Notes under the pieces: generated by a model
The model's input: the letters and a program-made list of their open reading frames with translations, nothing else
Database searches by the model: none
Told to the model about the DNA's origin: nothing
Shown here: in pieces, positions 10,788-23,910 of the stretch
Layout of the letters: each line of letters opens with the position of its first letter
Position numbering within the stretch: the stretch's first letter is position 1
Source of the DNA: Eledone cirrhosa
Taxonomy: Eukaryota
Length of the DNA: 64,000 nt
Direction of reading: 5' to 3'
Assembly (NCBI GenBank): GCA_964016885.1
Contig: OZ024742.1
Coordinates: forward strand, 285,324,001-285,388,000
Position numbers and translations under genes: made by a program

Positions 10788-13700
10788 ATGACCCTCCCCA
10801 AGTATAACAATATTTGTTTCGACACACGATTTCATATCAAAAACCTCGCAAAACTAATTCATCGCCGTTATGGCATTAGCTTGTGCCAAGCTGAAAGGTT
10901 ATTGAAAGACACTGTTTTCTGTTATATAAAAACTACAATAACAACAGAACAAATCCGCTTCTTAAAACACTGTTTTTCCTCCAAAATATACACAACAAAC
11001 ATATCAAAACAAGTAAATGATTTATTATTGAACAAAACACAAGCCGAACGACTAAAACACACAATAACAGTTAATATGAAAAGAACAACATACACAAAAG
11101 TTAACGAACTTTACAGACAGAAACGCATTAACGGTAAGGAAGTCCTAAATCTCACCACACCAAACGAGAGGGATGACTTCATGAGTGTCATCCGACGTGA
11201 AACGAAATACGCCCGAAACGAATGCAATAGACATTTCAATAAGAAATTAGAATGGATGAATAAGAAAAAACTAGAAGAGAGAAAAATAGAATATTCACAA
11301 AAATACCCAGATAACATCAACAATATCCGCATGACTGATGTAGAACTACCGGAAGAATTTACCAATGACCACACAGTAAATATTTATGGGAACACTTTAA
11401 TCAGTGAACAAGAACAACACATCCTGCAGCTACCACCAACATTTGCTATCTACAAAAAGATTAACCCTATGGAGTGCAAAACGGAGCTGGAAAAGTGTTT
11501 CACAAAAATACGTTGGAATGCAAAAGTAAACAACAACAACTATACGGACAACAACAACAACCACAATAATAATAATAATAGAAACATTAACTACAGACAC
11601 AGCAACAGCGACCACAGTAGTAATAACGGTAACAATACGAATAACAACAACAACAACCACAGTGGTAATAATAGAAATAATACATGTAGCAACATTAATG
11701 GTAGACACAACAAAAACAAGAAACATAATAAAAGTAACAACCACAATAGTAGAATTAACAGTAACAACAACAATAACGGTGGAGAAAACAACAACAATAC
11801 ATCTAACAATCACAGCAACAATACATCTAGCAATCATAACAACAATACATCTAACAATCACAGCAACAATACATTTAGCAATCATAACAATAATAATAAT
11901 GCTAATGATAGGAACAACAACAACCACCATAATAATAATAACAATAATAGCAACACACACAACTATGACGATAGATATAATGATTTCTTTATTAACCACA
12001 AGGGTTTACATAAAGTAGACATTAAGGACAGTGCAGGACAATACAGGACGGTACAAATGGGCATTTCTGCGTGTAAAAAACAAAAACAGAGGATGTAACA
12101 AAAAATAACAATGAAAAATTCCCCAATAGGGGGGAGACTTCGGAGGGACATTTGTGGAGAAAGCCTATGACGATAGATATAATGACAACCCCTTAGAGAA
12201 ACTATTCTTCAACCCAGCTGACAAAACATATAAGATGGGTAATATCTATCCTACGAGGTTACCCTTTAATAAAAGAGTTTGCATACCACAACAAATAGAT
12301 GACGAGACAGAGGCACAGTTCACCATAGCTAGAAATAAGATTAGACAAATAGTAGACCGGTATACTAAGAGACAGAGCAGACCAGAGGTCCAACAACTTG
12401 GGAGGAAACCTGTAGAAGACTTGGTTAGCCTCAAGCAGCGCACAAGGGATGGTGAGGTAGTATGTCTACCCACGGATAAGTCTGGTAGGATGTCAATAGA
12501 CAGCATGCCGAACTACATCAAGACTATGCAACCCCACATCACCAACAGAGGCGAAATTGCACAGCAAATACATGATGGGAGAGAGAAAATCCTCAACGCT
12601 CACATGATGATGTGGACCGACATCCTAAAGCCAAGCAGACGCACTGCCAACAACTTCCAGGCGTCCAACAATGACATACCACCCTTGTATGGGTTCCGCA
12701 AAGACCACAAGACAGTCGACGACCTGACAACAGGACCACCAACAAGACCTGTATGCGGAGCAAATATAGCTAGAAACTACTGGATCTCCTACTTCCTCTT
12801 AATGGTTATACGCCCCATAATCAAGATGTCCCCAGATGTATGTGACAGTACAGAGGACCTCCTCAGCAGAATCAGTGAGTGCAACAAAAACAGGAGCCTA
12901 TCCAACTGCATAATAGGCAGCATGGATGTGGTGTCACTGTACCCATCCATTAACATTGATTTTGCTGTGGAAAAATGTGTGGAGATGATCATTGAGAGTG
13001 AGGTGGAGTTCTGCGACGTCGACACAGACGAACTGGGCCTCCTACTTAGACTTACCTACGACACTGACTACATAGACCCATGACCTTAGACGTTTCTTCC
13101 CCAGTAGACCCATAAGAGGTAGACCCCCTACCATAACCTCAATGGCAAAAAAGACTCCCATGGGAAGGTGGATTGGGTGGACCAAAGCTATACGGACCCC
13201 CCAAAACAATGATCAGGTAAGAAAAATGGTCGCACATGCAATAGGGGCTAGTATCAAAACTACCCTAAAGGGCCACATATTCAAGTTCAACGAGAAGATC
13301 TACACCCAAAATGAGGGAGCAGCCATTGGCGTCAGCATAGCTGGTGACGTTGCCAACCTTTTTATGGTATGGTGGGAAAGGAGACTCAAAGATCTCCTTG
13401 ATGAGGGCTCCATAGACCTCATCATGTACTCTCGTTACGTAGACGACATCAATATAGTAATAAGGACATCCCCACAAGAGAGCACTAACAAGTTTGATTT
13501 AGAACGTAGCACAATGGAAACCATCCAGCAGATAACTAATTCCATACACCAGAGTATAACTGTAACTATCGACTACCCTTCCAAACACCCTAACAATAGA
13601 CTACCTATATTAGACACGGAACTCTGGATTAACACTATAGACGAGAGAGCCCAAATTCTCCACTCACACTATGCTAAACCCATGGCCTCCAAATAGCTGA

Positions 13701-14593
13701 TACTCAAAAACTTAGCAATGTCCAGTAGTGCTAAGTTTAATATTCTGATCGCAGACTTGGTACGAGTGATGAAGAACGTGTCCCGCGTGTGCGACCCAAC
13801 AGAAATGGAAAGACACATCCAACATTTCATCAACCGCATGCAGTTCTCTGGCTACAACCAAAGAGACAGAGTCAGAGTATACGAAGGAGCCACCGAGAAG
13901 TATAAGACCCTCATAGAACTGGACATGAAAGGAATTTGCCCATTATACAGGAGCAAATCATGGAATAGCTTAGATAGGGCTAGACATAAGATAGGGAAAG
14001 CCACCTCATGGTACGACAACCAGAGATACCAGAGTGTCATGTTTGTGGACGCTACCCCTGGAGGGAAATTAGTTAACCAGTGTAGAAAGGTCCTGAGAAA
14101 GACCCACTTAAAGATTAAGGTGGTAGAAAAGCCAGGAACCACCATAAAATCCCTGATCAGCAAAACCTACCCTTTTAAGAAAACCCACCGTACTAATAGG
14201 AAATGTATCATATGTAGAGTAAACCCCCGGATAAACTGTAAAACTAGAAACGTAGTCTATAGCATAAGATGTACAGAGGGTACTTGCAAAAACATGACAA
14301 CAACATACATAGGCGAGACAGCTCGTAGCATAGGTGAAAGGATAGACCAACACTGGGGGGAACTAAAAGGACGAAAAAACGGTTCAGTACTATACGAACA
14401 TGCCAGACAACAACACAACGGTAACATAGACAACATAGAAGTTAGAATAATATCTAAACATAGAAATGACCCAGCAGATAGGCAAATCAGAGAGGCCAGC
14501 GAAATAGAACTTAGAAGGCCAAGGCTAAACAGAAAAAATGAATGAAATAACAACAACACTCAAGCAAACAACGTTGACCTAAGAGAAGTATAA
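10788..14593 (+). pseudogene. Full-length PLE RT-GIY-YIG ORF, disrupted
   Basis: Motifs PTDKSG, GPPTRPVCGA, GSMDVVSLYPSI, GAAIG, YSRYVDD, LPILD and YIGET. Lesions: 181-bp insertion at 11984, frameshift ~13080, TAG at 13694, TGG>TGA at 14543. Confidence 0.93.
11984..12164 (-). mobile_element. 5'-truncated retroposed 3' tail with 21-bp target-site duplication
   Basis: TSD ctatgacgatagatataatga at 11963-11983 and 12165-12185. The minus strand of the insert ends ...gttAATAAAgaaa. Confidence 0.88.
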
Positions 14594-15090
14594 ATAAATA
14601 AATAAATAAATACATACATACACAAGCACAATAACAACAAACACATATAAACACACACTAGTAAACTAAGATAGAATACATTAACCAATACACAGTCACC
14701 CAAACAAGAACACACATTAAACAAAACACTATACACACACGCAAACGCATGCGCAGAGAAGACAAAAAAATAAACAAATAAATAAATAAATAAACAGACT
14801 AAATAAAGATGGCGTAAGCATACAATGCAACGGGAGGAAACATAATAGCAACACTGACGATGTTGCAGATGTGAAACGAAAGAACTTTGATAGACTATAT
14901 ATATGTGTTTGTGTCTATATTGTATCTGTATTTTTGACCGTTGGTCAATCAATGGCAACATTGAGGACCGAATAAATTAAATTAACCGATATAAAAGACA
15001 CAGAAGCGAAAACCAACCAAACAGTGAGTGTGTTCTGTTATTAATTCTGGAAATATTATTACACAAATATGACCCTCCCCAAGTATAACA

Positions 15091-15128
<38 letters not shown>

Positions 15129-15924
15129 GGGGAGAGAGGGAGAGAGGTATATATAACATACAATAATTGTTTCTACTTTAGGCACAATAATTTAAATACT
15201 AATGTTAAAGAAAAAAAGTACTTTTTCAATTCTGTGAAAGCAGAATGGTATCCCAAACCACTGGTACGATTTCGGCTTGCTTTTATGATGCAAAAGAAGT
15301 AACCCTTTTTGATGTTGCAAAAGAAGGAACCAAGGGCTCGAAAGAGCCTACAAAAATGCGAATTTCAAACTCAAATTAGTTTTCTACGTGAGACTTCGTA
15401 TCTGCCTAAATTCGTAAGTAAGATGTTTGTAAGGTGGGGACTTACTGTATAAGTTAATAGACAACTGTGTTTATTCATGTTGTTGTTTTTGTTGTAGTTA
15501 TTGTTTCTTCACGCTTTTCACCCATGTTAGTTTTTCGTCTTATCTAACGCGATAAAGATAAACGGGATCAAAGTTTTAATGACCTGTCAATCGTTCGATG
15601 ACTTTCGTATTTCATATTATGAACGACACCAACAACCTACATATCTCTGGAATAACATTATCGATTCGTTTTTGACTAGACTAGATAGACTATATAATAT
15701 GACTGGCAATATAAAAGTGATTCTACTTTAGTCCTGCTACTAATTCCTTAAGGGGAAAAAACACAAACAATTATAAGCTTCCATTTTTCCTTCTTTGAGA
15801 AACGCAGCAGATTTTAATGTCTACGTGAACGAGAGAATCACTAAGGGTGTCGATAACAACAACCGTGACAATAATAAAAAAATGTATTTGATAATGGCAA
15901 TTATAATAATTATGATAATTATAA

Positions 15925-16715
15925 TAATTGTTTCTACTTTTGGCACAAGGCCAGCCATTACACCAGTGCATTACTGGTACTTTATTTTATCGACCCCGTA
16001 AGGATGACAGGCAAAATTAACCTCGGCGGGATTTGAACTCAGAATGGCAAGGGCCGTAACTCAATGCGTCAAAGCATGGCGTCCGACCCTCTACCGATAC
16101 TGCCAATCCACCGCCCTTATAATAATTGTTTCTACTTTTGGCACAAGGCCAGCAATTATTCCAGTGTATAACTGGTACTTTATTTTATCGACCCCATAAG
16201 GATGAAAGGCAAAGTTAACCTCGGCGGGATTTGAACTCAGACCATAAAGGGACGTAACTCTTTGCTGCAAAGCATGGCGTCCGACCCTCTACCAATACTG
16301 CCAATCCACCGCATGATAATTATAATAATTGTTTCTACTTTGGCACAAGGCCAGCAATTACCCAGTGCATTACTGGTACTTTATTTTATCGACCCCGTAA
16401 GGATGAAAGCATGATAATTATAATAATGATAATGAAAATGATAATTTGAATACTGATCTAAAATGGACGGGAGAAATACCGCAAGGCATTTTGTGCAACG
16501 CTCTAACAATTCTGATAAAATAATGATTTTTGATTTAGGCACAAGGTCAGCAATTTTTGGGAGAGCAAAGTCGATTAAATTGACCCCAGTGTGTTACTGG
16601 TACTTTATTTTATCAACCCCGTAAGGATGAAAGGCAAAGTTAACTTCAGAACGTAAAGGGCTATAACTATATGCCGCATACCATGTTGTCCGACTCTCTA
16701 CCGATACTGCTTCAG
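15925..16715 (-). mobile_element. Cluster of head-to-tail SINE copies (two near-full, several partial)
   Basis: Repeated ataattgtttctactttggcacaaggccagc...cgaccccgtaaggatgaaaggc...ctgccaatccaccgc. Confidence 0.88.
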
Positions 16716-16959
16716 CTGCACCCCGCGGAGAATGACCAGAGACACCCACTTCAACCGCCACCCCACCTCACGGAGAATCAAGCCAACGATTTTGTTTGCG
16801 ATGACGTCTCTTTAAGACACAACGTGTTTGTATGTTCATTAGAAATAAACGAATTATGCATTCATAAGTTATTTATTATTTAGCCTTGCATTCATTAGTA
16901 CTCACATAAAATAAATGCGCATGCTGCATTATGTTATTTTGTGTTGTAAGGGTTGTGAT

Positions 16960-17175
16960 TAGCAGTAGAATCCGTAGAGCGTCGGACAACATGTTTTGCG
17001 GCATATAGTTACGGTTCTTTACATTCTGAGTTCATATCTAGCTGAGATTAGCTTTGCTTTTCATCCTTACGGGATCGATAAAGTAAAGTACCAATAACGC
17101 ACTGGGGTCGAATTAAGCCCCCCCCCCAAAAAAAAAATATATATATGGTTCTTGTGCTTTGATCAGAAACCATTA
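16960..17175 (+). mobile_element. tRNA-derived SINE (diverged)
   Basis: Same core and tail. Confidence 0.75.
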
Positions 17176-18236
17176 TTTTGTATTGTAATTACTATTTGAG
17201 TTATTGTGTATAATATTTTTTCTACGTAGTAATGCTAAGTTGACCTTAAGTAATATAAAAGAGATTATAATTGTATACAATATCTTTCTTGCTTGTTTAT
17301 TTAATAGACTGTCTTTTAACTTTCCGGTTTCCTTACAATTAAGTTCTTTTCTTCTACGCAATCACTAGAGAGTGAATTCACATGCACGTAGCTATCAAAT
17401 CTTAAGGCAAGCTTCAAGAGCAAAAACAACGAAAGTAATTTAACAGCAACAAAACAACAATAATAAATATGAGCAGAGAAAGAGTCGATCAGACAATTTT
17501 TTCATGTGTTTTTCCATTGCTTACACTTTTTGCTGTAGGAAACTCATAGAAGAAGCAGCGAAAAATAAAATATTTTATTCAAGTATACAATGCGCCAGTC
17601 CTTCCAGGAATAGGTTCAACGATCGTGTGTCCAACATGCTAATCACTAGGTCAAGGAAGTTCACAAAGCAACACCGCTAAAATTGAGTGGATGTGGAAAG
17701 ATTTGCAACTGAACTGCCAGAAAGAATTATTGTCAAGAAGAAAGATTAGCTTTCAAAGACATCATTTATGACCACAATATTGTTTTATTGAAATATATCA
17801 CGGGATTTATTAACTGACATAATTATTTGTTTTTAGAAGATTGTCTATGGCATTGCCCTCCAAATGACATGCACAGTTTTTGCGTCAATTTGAATGCTCA
17901 CGTGATTTCTTGTTTGTTTGTTTACTTCAGATGCAATCATGGCTAAAACACTGCGTAATGAAGATATTGAGAAAAAATAGCGAGACTAGTGATTAGGAAA
18001 GATTTTAACATTTCCAGTATAGTTTGTAAATTCCTATTGTTTCCAATGGAGCATTGGGAGACGAAGGATTTCTACCCTGCTCGACCACAAGCCTTGCACG
18101 AACTCGTTGCTCTCAAACCAAGCCAATCTCTACTCGGTACTCCTCCATATACCCCAACCAGGCCTTGATGTGTCTGCCTTATCTAATGCCTCTCCTTCCA
18201 TCATCATCATCATCATTGCGACCACAGTCGACCCTC

Positions 18237-18500
18237 ATATGTTGAAAAATAAACCTCATTTGGTCATTCCATGAGAGTATCTTGGTCAGCTTATGACCCT
18301 TTCAGTTGACTGAATGATTACTGCATTGTTTCTTTCCGGGGACTATGTTGAAAAATAAACCTCATTTGGTCATTCCATGAGAATATCTTGGTCAGCTTTT
18401 AAACTTTTCAGTCGTTTCTAGTATGTTGAAAAATAAACCATATTTAGTCATTCCATGAGAGTATCTTGGTCAACTTATAAACTTTTCAGTCGACCCTCGT
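18237..18500. repeat. Three copies of a ~65-bp core
   Basis: atgttgaaaaataaac..atttggtcattccatgaga.tatcttggtca at ~18239, 18345 and 18423. Confidence 0.85.
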
Positions 18501-19089
18501 ATGATTACATACTTCCTTCCTAGTAAAATCTGCAGGAAATTACAACATCAATAGAAAACATTCGCTCCATTAATATTTTATTTGATTATCAAGGTTTCTA
18601 AGTTAATAATATTACAACAAAGCTTTAAACGACTACCAATATGGCTAATTGTGTCATAGGTTAAACTGATCGAATCTTATAGAGTGGAGAAACTCTGCTG
18701 TCTTTGAGAGAGAGAGAGAGAGAGACAGAGAGGAAAGAGTGGAATATCACATAGATATCGATTAAAAGCAACAAAACAAAAGGAAAATGTAGTATATGAT
18801 ACATATATATGTACACACACTCCCACATATATATACATATGTATACATACACACACACATACATCTATATATGTATACACACACACACACACCTACACAC
18901 ATATGTGTATGTGTAATTATACACACACGCATGTATATCGAAATTAGATCACCGACTTATCTGCTTGTTGAAAGGAAAACCTTAATTTTTACGAGTCCCC
19001 AAAAGCCCAATGTTATGAAGAAGGAGATATGATATTTTGAGCTGAATTTCATTCTCAAGAATCATTAGAACATTGTATTAAACATGTCT

Positions 19090-19475
19090 CGGCATTTGTC
19101 TCGGTTCACTGCGTTCTGAGTTCAAATCGTGTTGAGGTCAACTTTGCCTTTCTTCCTTTTTTTATCTCCCCCACCCCACTATCTTTCTCTGGAAGAAATC
19201 AACTGTGTTCCGACGATGTTCCGCTGAGGTTAGCTTTGCCTTTCACCCTTACAAGGTCGATAAAATAAAGTACCAGTAACGCGCTGAGTTCGATTTAGTC
19301 GACTTTTCCCTCCCCCAAAATTGTTGGTCTTGTGCCTAGATCAGAAACGAATATTATATTTTCATTCTTACGAGGTCGATAAAATAAAGTACCAGCAATG
19401 TACTGGGGTCGATCTAATCGACTTTCCTCTTCCCCCAAAATTGTTGGCCTTTTGCCTAGATCAGAAACAATTATT
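19090..19475 (+). mobile_element. Partial SINE copies with tandemly duplicated 3' half
   Basis: gtcgataaaataaagtaccag...ccccaaaattgttgg.ctt.tgcctagatcagaaac occurs twice. Confidence 0.78.
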
Positions 19476-19496
19476 TGTACCAATGTAAAACTATCA

Positions 19497-19530
<34 letters not shown>

Positions 19531-20764
19531 ACATTCTTATCTGGCAACCATAAATAAGTTCTTCCAAATGAAACAAACAAATAATAACTACATATAAATA
19601 TCTGAGGTGTGATATCATGAAAGTAAAACAAAACCTTTCATTTACATTCTCAGAAACCTTAAAGATGAACTGAGCGAGAGAGAGAGTTAAGTGTTTTTAG
19701 CTACGGACAAAATTGTGAGCCGGGTCGAGACAGTTATAAATTCTCTGCAGTGTATAAACAATGAAATCTAAACAAGAAGAATTACGAAAAAAAAGAGAAA
19801 ATAAAAGATTAAATATTTATCCGTGTTTATTATTGAGATAAAAACGTAAAGAAATCGAAAGAAACTATTGAAAAACTGTCAAAAACAAAAATAAAATGCT
19901 GATCAATACAAATATATTTATTTCCGGACTTACATGTCAGACAACAGCCATGACGACAACGCCGTCTAGATTATTTTGGCGAACAGACGTCTGAATAAGC
20001 AAACTCTCTGATCATTAAATAGATTGGATAAGCAGACTATCGATATAGATATTTTTTATTCATCTACCTATCCTTCTATCTATCTCAGGTATTACTCTCA
20101 GTTTTCCCTTCCCATCTCTTATCATATAGATTTTATTTCTCCTTAGGCGCAAGGCCAAATATTTTTAGTAAAGGTTTATGTGAATGTTTGAATTTTATTA
20201 CAGCAGTGGTGGACCCGTGCAGTCAAAAATGATGGCAATAGCGCTGGGCGTGTTTAATTTTCGGAGTCCAGGATTGGTATGCTATATATACCAGGACTGA
20301 TAGACCCTTGCCGTATATAATGATAACAATAGCGTTGAATATATCTAATTGTTGGAGTCCAGGATTGATATGTCATCTATACAATGATTACCAGATGTAT
20401 CGACAATCATACAAATTAGAAAATATGCGTTTCGATAAATTAATGGTTAGCATAAAAGGAACACTATAATATATGTTGATTGCTGACACTTTGGAGGGAT
20501 TAAAGTTAAGAACGATATTTTGAAGGTATATTACTGGATATAATTACATACGTATCTAGAAGGTGTAGATACGTATTTGATGGACTGTGTGATTTAATTT
20601 TAGATCCTTACGTTTTATTGTAATACAGATTACGAGTAAGACAGAAGATAATATTTAATACTATTGCTGGTTTGGTTTGCTTTTAACAAGCGGCTTTTTT
20701 TTTAAATGGCGTGCGTTTATTTTACAGTAGGAAGAATAGAAATGTGTGACAATATATGTGGTTA

Positions 20765-21000
20765 GAATGTTTTTCTCAAAAATACAACACACAACCAGTA
20801 CAGGAATCTAACCCATATCATTATGATAGTAAGTCCAACACCTTTACCATTGGAGCAACGTGAAATGAAGTGTTTTGCTCAAGAACATAACACACAACCC
20901 AGTCCGGGAATCGAACCCACGACATTATGGTCTAAGTTCAACACCCTTTCCATAGGGGCAACGTGAAATGAAGTGTTTTGCTCAAGAACACAACACAACT
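20765..21000 (-). mobile_element. Tandem partial copies of a second tRNA-SINE family
   Basis: Reverse complement of the head of 23161-23445 (gggttcgattcc; cttgagcaaaacacttcatttcacgt). Confidence 0.75.
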
Positions 21001-21275
21001 TCCAATTGAGAGATCACAGATCCGATACTATGGGTATGTGGTTAGAATGTCTCAGGAAAAAATCGTTGGACAGATTTTACAGGCAAAATCAACTGGTAGG
21101 GGACCCAGTGGTAGACCCTGAGCCAAGATGGTTGGATAACATCCGTGAGTTTGGCTGGTCTCCCTTGAGGATTCAGCTAGATCAGTTGGAGTTGGTGGCT
21201 TCTGACATGACGCGCTGGAAGGAGTGTTTGAGGACTCTGTTCCCACGACCCTCCCAGGATTAAGAAGGAGAAGAC
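21000..21275 (+). mobile_element. RTE-clade LINE 3' fragment
   Basis: RP.GRP..RWLDNI...VASDMTRWK...PRPS* is the typical RTE C-terminus. Confidence 0.72.
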
Positions 21276-21304
21276 AATATATATGTGGTATCTCTCAGCT
21301 GTGA

Positions 21305-21375
21305 CCTGCGGACAAAATAGCGAAGGCATTGCAACGGAGAACGGCCAGCGACATCCGCTGCAACAGCCACTCCAC
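21305..21375 (-). mobile_element. CRE-clade LINE extreme 3' fragment
   Basis: EWLLQRMSLAVLRCNAFAILSAG. Confidence 0.72.
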
Positions 21376-22234
21376 CTTACGGGGGTTCATTACTTAGGCG
21401 ATAAATGTTCAGAAATATATACAAATGACAAATAGGATTAAATGTATGAGTAACTTTAGAGAAATAATTAACAGGGATAAATGTAGGATTAGAACTCTGG
21501 ACATTGCAATTGGAAAGCAAACGTCTTAATATAGCCACATGATTAAGTCATAAAATGTGTGTGTGCGAATGTGTGTATGTGTGTGTGTGTGTTAATGTGT
21601 GTATGTGTAAGTGTTTGTGTGTGTTCGTCTATGTAAATTAAAAAAAATCCTTTTTTTATTTATTTCATTAAACATTCATTATTGTATATTTCTGTTAACG
21701 TTGCCTTTCGGGGGTCGATAAAATAAAGTACCAGTAATACACTGGGATAATTGCTGGCCTTGTGCCAAATGTAGAAACAATTATTGTATATTTCTGTTGT
21801 CTAATAAATGAAATACCTCCTTCCATCAATACCTCTGTCTGTGTGTCAATGTCTACTGTCTGCTATTTATTTTGATTTGTTGCTTTTCTTCATCTTTTAA
21901 TCTCTTTCTTTCTTACAATCTATTTTGTTTATTTCTTCTTCACTTTTTGTCCTCCTCCCAATCTCTTTCCTTTCTTTTCTTTCACTCTCTCTCTCCTCTT
22001 CTCCATCTTCTCCCAATGTCTGTCCTTACTTTTACCACCTCTCTCTCTTCTCTCTCCTCCCAATGTCCTTCCTTTCTTTCATTCTCTCTCTCCTCTCCTC
22101 TATCTCCTCCCATTATCTTTTCTTCCTCTTTCTCTCTTCTTTTCACTCATATCTGATTTTTAAAAATATTTTCCTATAATCATTCTTTGTTCTGTCATCT
22201 ATTTTTTGCTTCCTTCTACACTGTCTAGTAATTC

Positions 22235-22820
22235 TCTTTCTCTCGGACCTTGTCTCTCTTTCTCTCGACCCTTGTTTCTCTTTCTCTCGGCCCTTGTCTC
22301 TCTTTCTCTCGACCCTTGTCTCTCTTTCTCTCGGCCCTTGTCTCTCTTTCTCTCGACCCTTGTCTCTCTTTCTCTCGACCCTTGTCTCTCTTTCTCTCGG
22401 CCCTTGTCTCTCTTTCTCTCGGACCTTCTCTCTTTCTCTCGACCCTTGTCTCTCTTTCTCTCGGCTCTTGTCTCTCTTTCCCTCGGCCCTTCTCTCTTTC
22501 TCTCGGCTCTTGTCTCTCTTTCTCTCGACCCTTGTCTCTCTTTCTCTCGACCCTTGTCTCTCTTTCTCTCGGCTCTTGTCTCTCTTTCCCTCGGCCCTTC
22601 TCTCTTTCTCTCGACCCTTGTCTCTCTTTCTCTCGACCCTTGTCTCTCTTTCTCTCGACCCTTGTCTCTCTTTCTCTCGGCTCTTGTCTCTCTTTCCCTC
22701 GGCCCTTCTCTCTTTTACTCTCGACCCTTGTCTCTCTTTCTCTCGACCCTTGTCTCTCTTTCTCTCGGCTCTTGTCTCTCTTTCCCTCGGCCCTTCTCTC
22801 TTTTACTCTCGACCCTTCTA
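22235..22820. repeat. Pyrimidine-rich 22-bp minisatellite (cttgtctctctttctctcgacc)
   Basis: Direct inspection; occasional 20-bp variants. Confidence 0.95.
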
Positions 22821-23160
22821 TCTTCTATCTCTTTCATCCTATCTTTCACTTTTTCAACAATCTTGGAGTAGGGGAAACTTGACCAAATCGACACCAGTGC
22901 GTTACTGCTGCTTCATTTTATCGAAAGACAAAGCTTACTTCGGTGAGATTTGAAATCAAAACGCAAAGGGCTATAACTCTATGCCACAAAGACGCCCACT
23001 TGAATATTTAAATTGCTGCTCCCCAATATATTAAAACCTGTCGTCTTTCCCCCTAAAATATAAAAACACTCCTCCTTCCAATATTCAAATTGCCTCATTG
23101 CAGGTAATGTACTCCAGCCTTCAAAATCTCTATTTTAACCCACCCATCTTCACATTAAAT

Positions 23161-23445
23161 GGAGGCGCGTGGCCTAGTGGTAAGGGAGTTGGAATTACGA
23201 CCATAATGCTGTGGGTTCGATTCCTGGACTGGGTTGTGAGTTGTGATCTTGAGTAAAAATACTTCATTTCACGTAACACCAGTATACTCAGCTGAAAATG
23301 AGTACCATGAATAGCTGGGGGTTTAAATATGCAATGGACTGGCGTCCTGTCCAGGAGGGAGTCTTGTACTCTCAGTCACCTAACGCAACGGTAACCGGGA
23401 TAAGCACTGGCCTGATGAGACTCTGGATTGAGACAGACATTAGAC
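23161..23445 (+). mobile_element. tRNA-derived SINE, second family
   Basis: A box tggcctagtggt, B box ggttcgattcc, core cttgagtaaaaatacttcatttcac, short repeated tail agacatt. Confidence 0.8.
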
Positions 23446-23459
23446 ATTTTTTTAGACAT

Positions 23460-23910
23460 TGTAGGTAATATGTTTCCACGCTCAAAATCTCTATTTCAAC
23501 CCATCAATTTTGGCATTAAACCCTACGTTCAAAATCTCTATTTTAACCCATACATTTTAACATTAAACCCACCGTATGCCTTGCCACGTTCAAAATCTCT
23601 ATTTTAACCCATACATTTTAACATTAAACCCACCTTATTGTAGGCAATGTGTTCCCATTTTCAAAATCTCTATTTTAACCCATCCATTTTTACAGTAATC
23701 CCACCTCATTGAAGGTAATGTGCCCCACGATCAAATCTTTATTTTCATCCGTCCATTTTTACAGTAAACCCGCCTTATTGTAGGTAATGTGCCCCACGAT
23801 CAAAATCTCTATTTTAACCCATTCATTTTTAGATTAAACCCACCTTATTGTAGGTAATGTGTTTCCACGTTCAAAATCTCTATTTCAACCCATCCATTTT
23901 TACACGAAAC
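23460..23910. repeat. Minisatellite, ~60-bp unit
   Basis: tcaaaatctctattttaacccat...cccaccttattgtaggtaatgtg is repeated. One further unit at ~23100-23160 lies on the other side of the SINE. Confidence 0.88.

Larger units (their letters stand above)
9402..15094 (+). mobile_element. Penelope-like element (Naiad-like) with ~1.4-kb partial tandem 5' copy (pLTR)
   Basis: 9402-10813 is repeated at 13680-15094 (offset 4278). Encodes RT plus C-terminal GIY-YIG, carries a hammerhead motif in the repeat, and both ends lie in (TA)n. Confidence 0.95.
9245..15447. mobile_element. Tc1/mariner (pogo/Tigger-like) non-autonomous element interrupted by the PLE
   Basis: TIRs cagtaagtgcccagcttacgaac (9245) and revcomp cagtaagtccccaccttacaaac (ends 15447) match at 20/23 positions, and each is flanked by TA. 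Confidence 0.6.

Noticed and set aside
10788-12098. Separate ORF1 for the PLE
   Set aside because: The stop comes from the TSD-flanked insertion, and the frame is continuous once that is removed.
13081-14545. In-frame TGA codons as selenocysteine (reported for some Naiads)
   Set aside because: TGA 13081 results from a frameshift (homology resumes in another frame as HDLRRFFPSRP). TGA 14543 is TGG (Trp) in the duplicate copy and the sister family. I identified no SECIS.
22206-22953. Three overlapping Leu/Ser ORFs; CRISPR-like periodicity
   Set aside because: A contiguous 22-bp tandem repeat with no unique spacers and no cas genes, in a eukaryotic context.
23161-23235. tRNA gene
   Set aside because: A and B boxes are present but there is no clean cloverleaf, and it continues into a SINE body.
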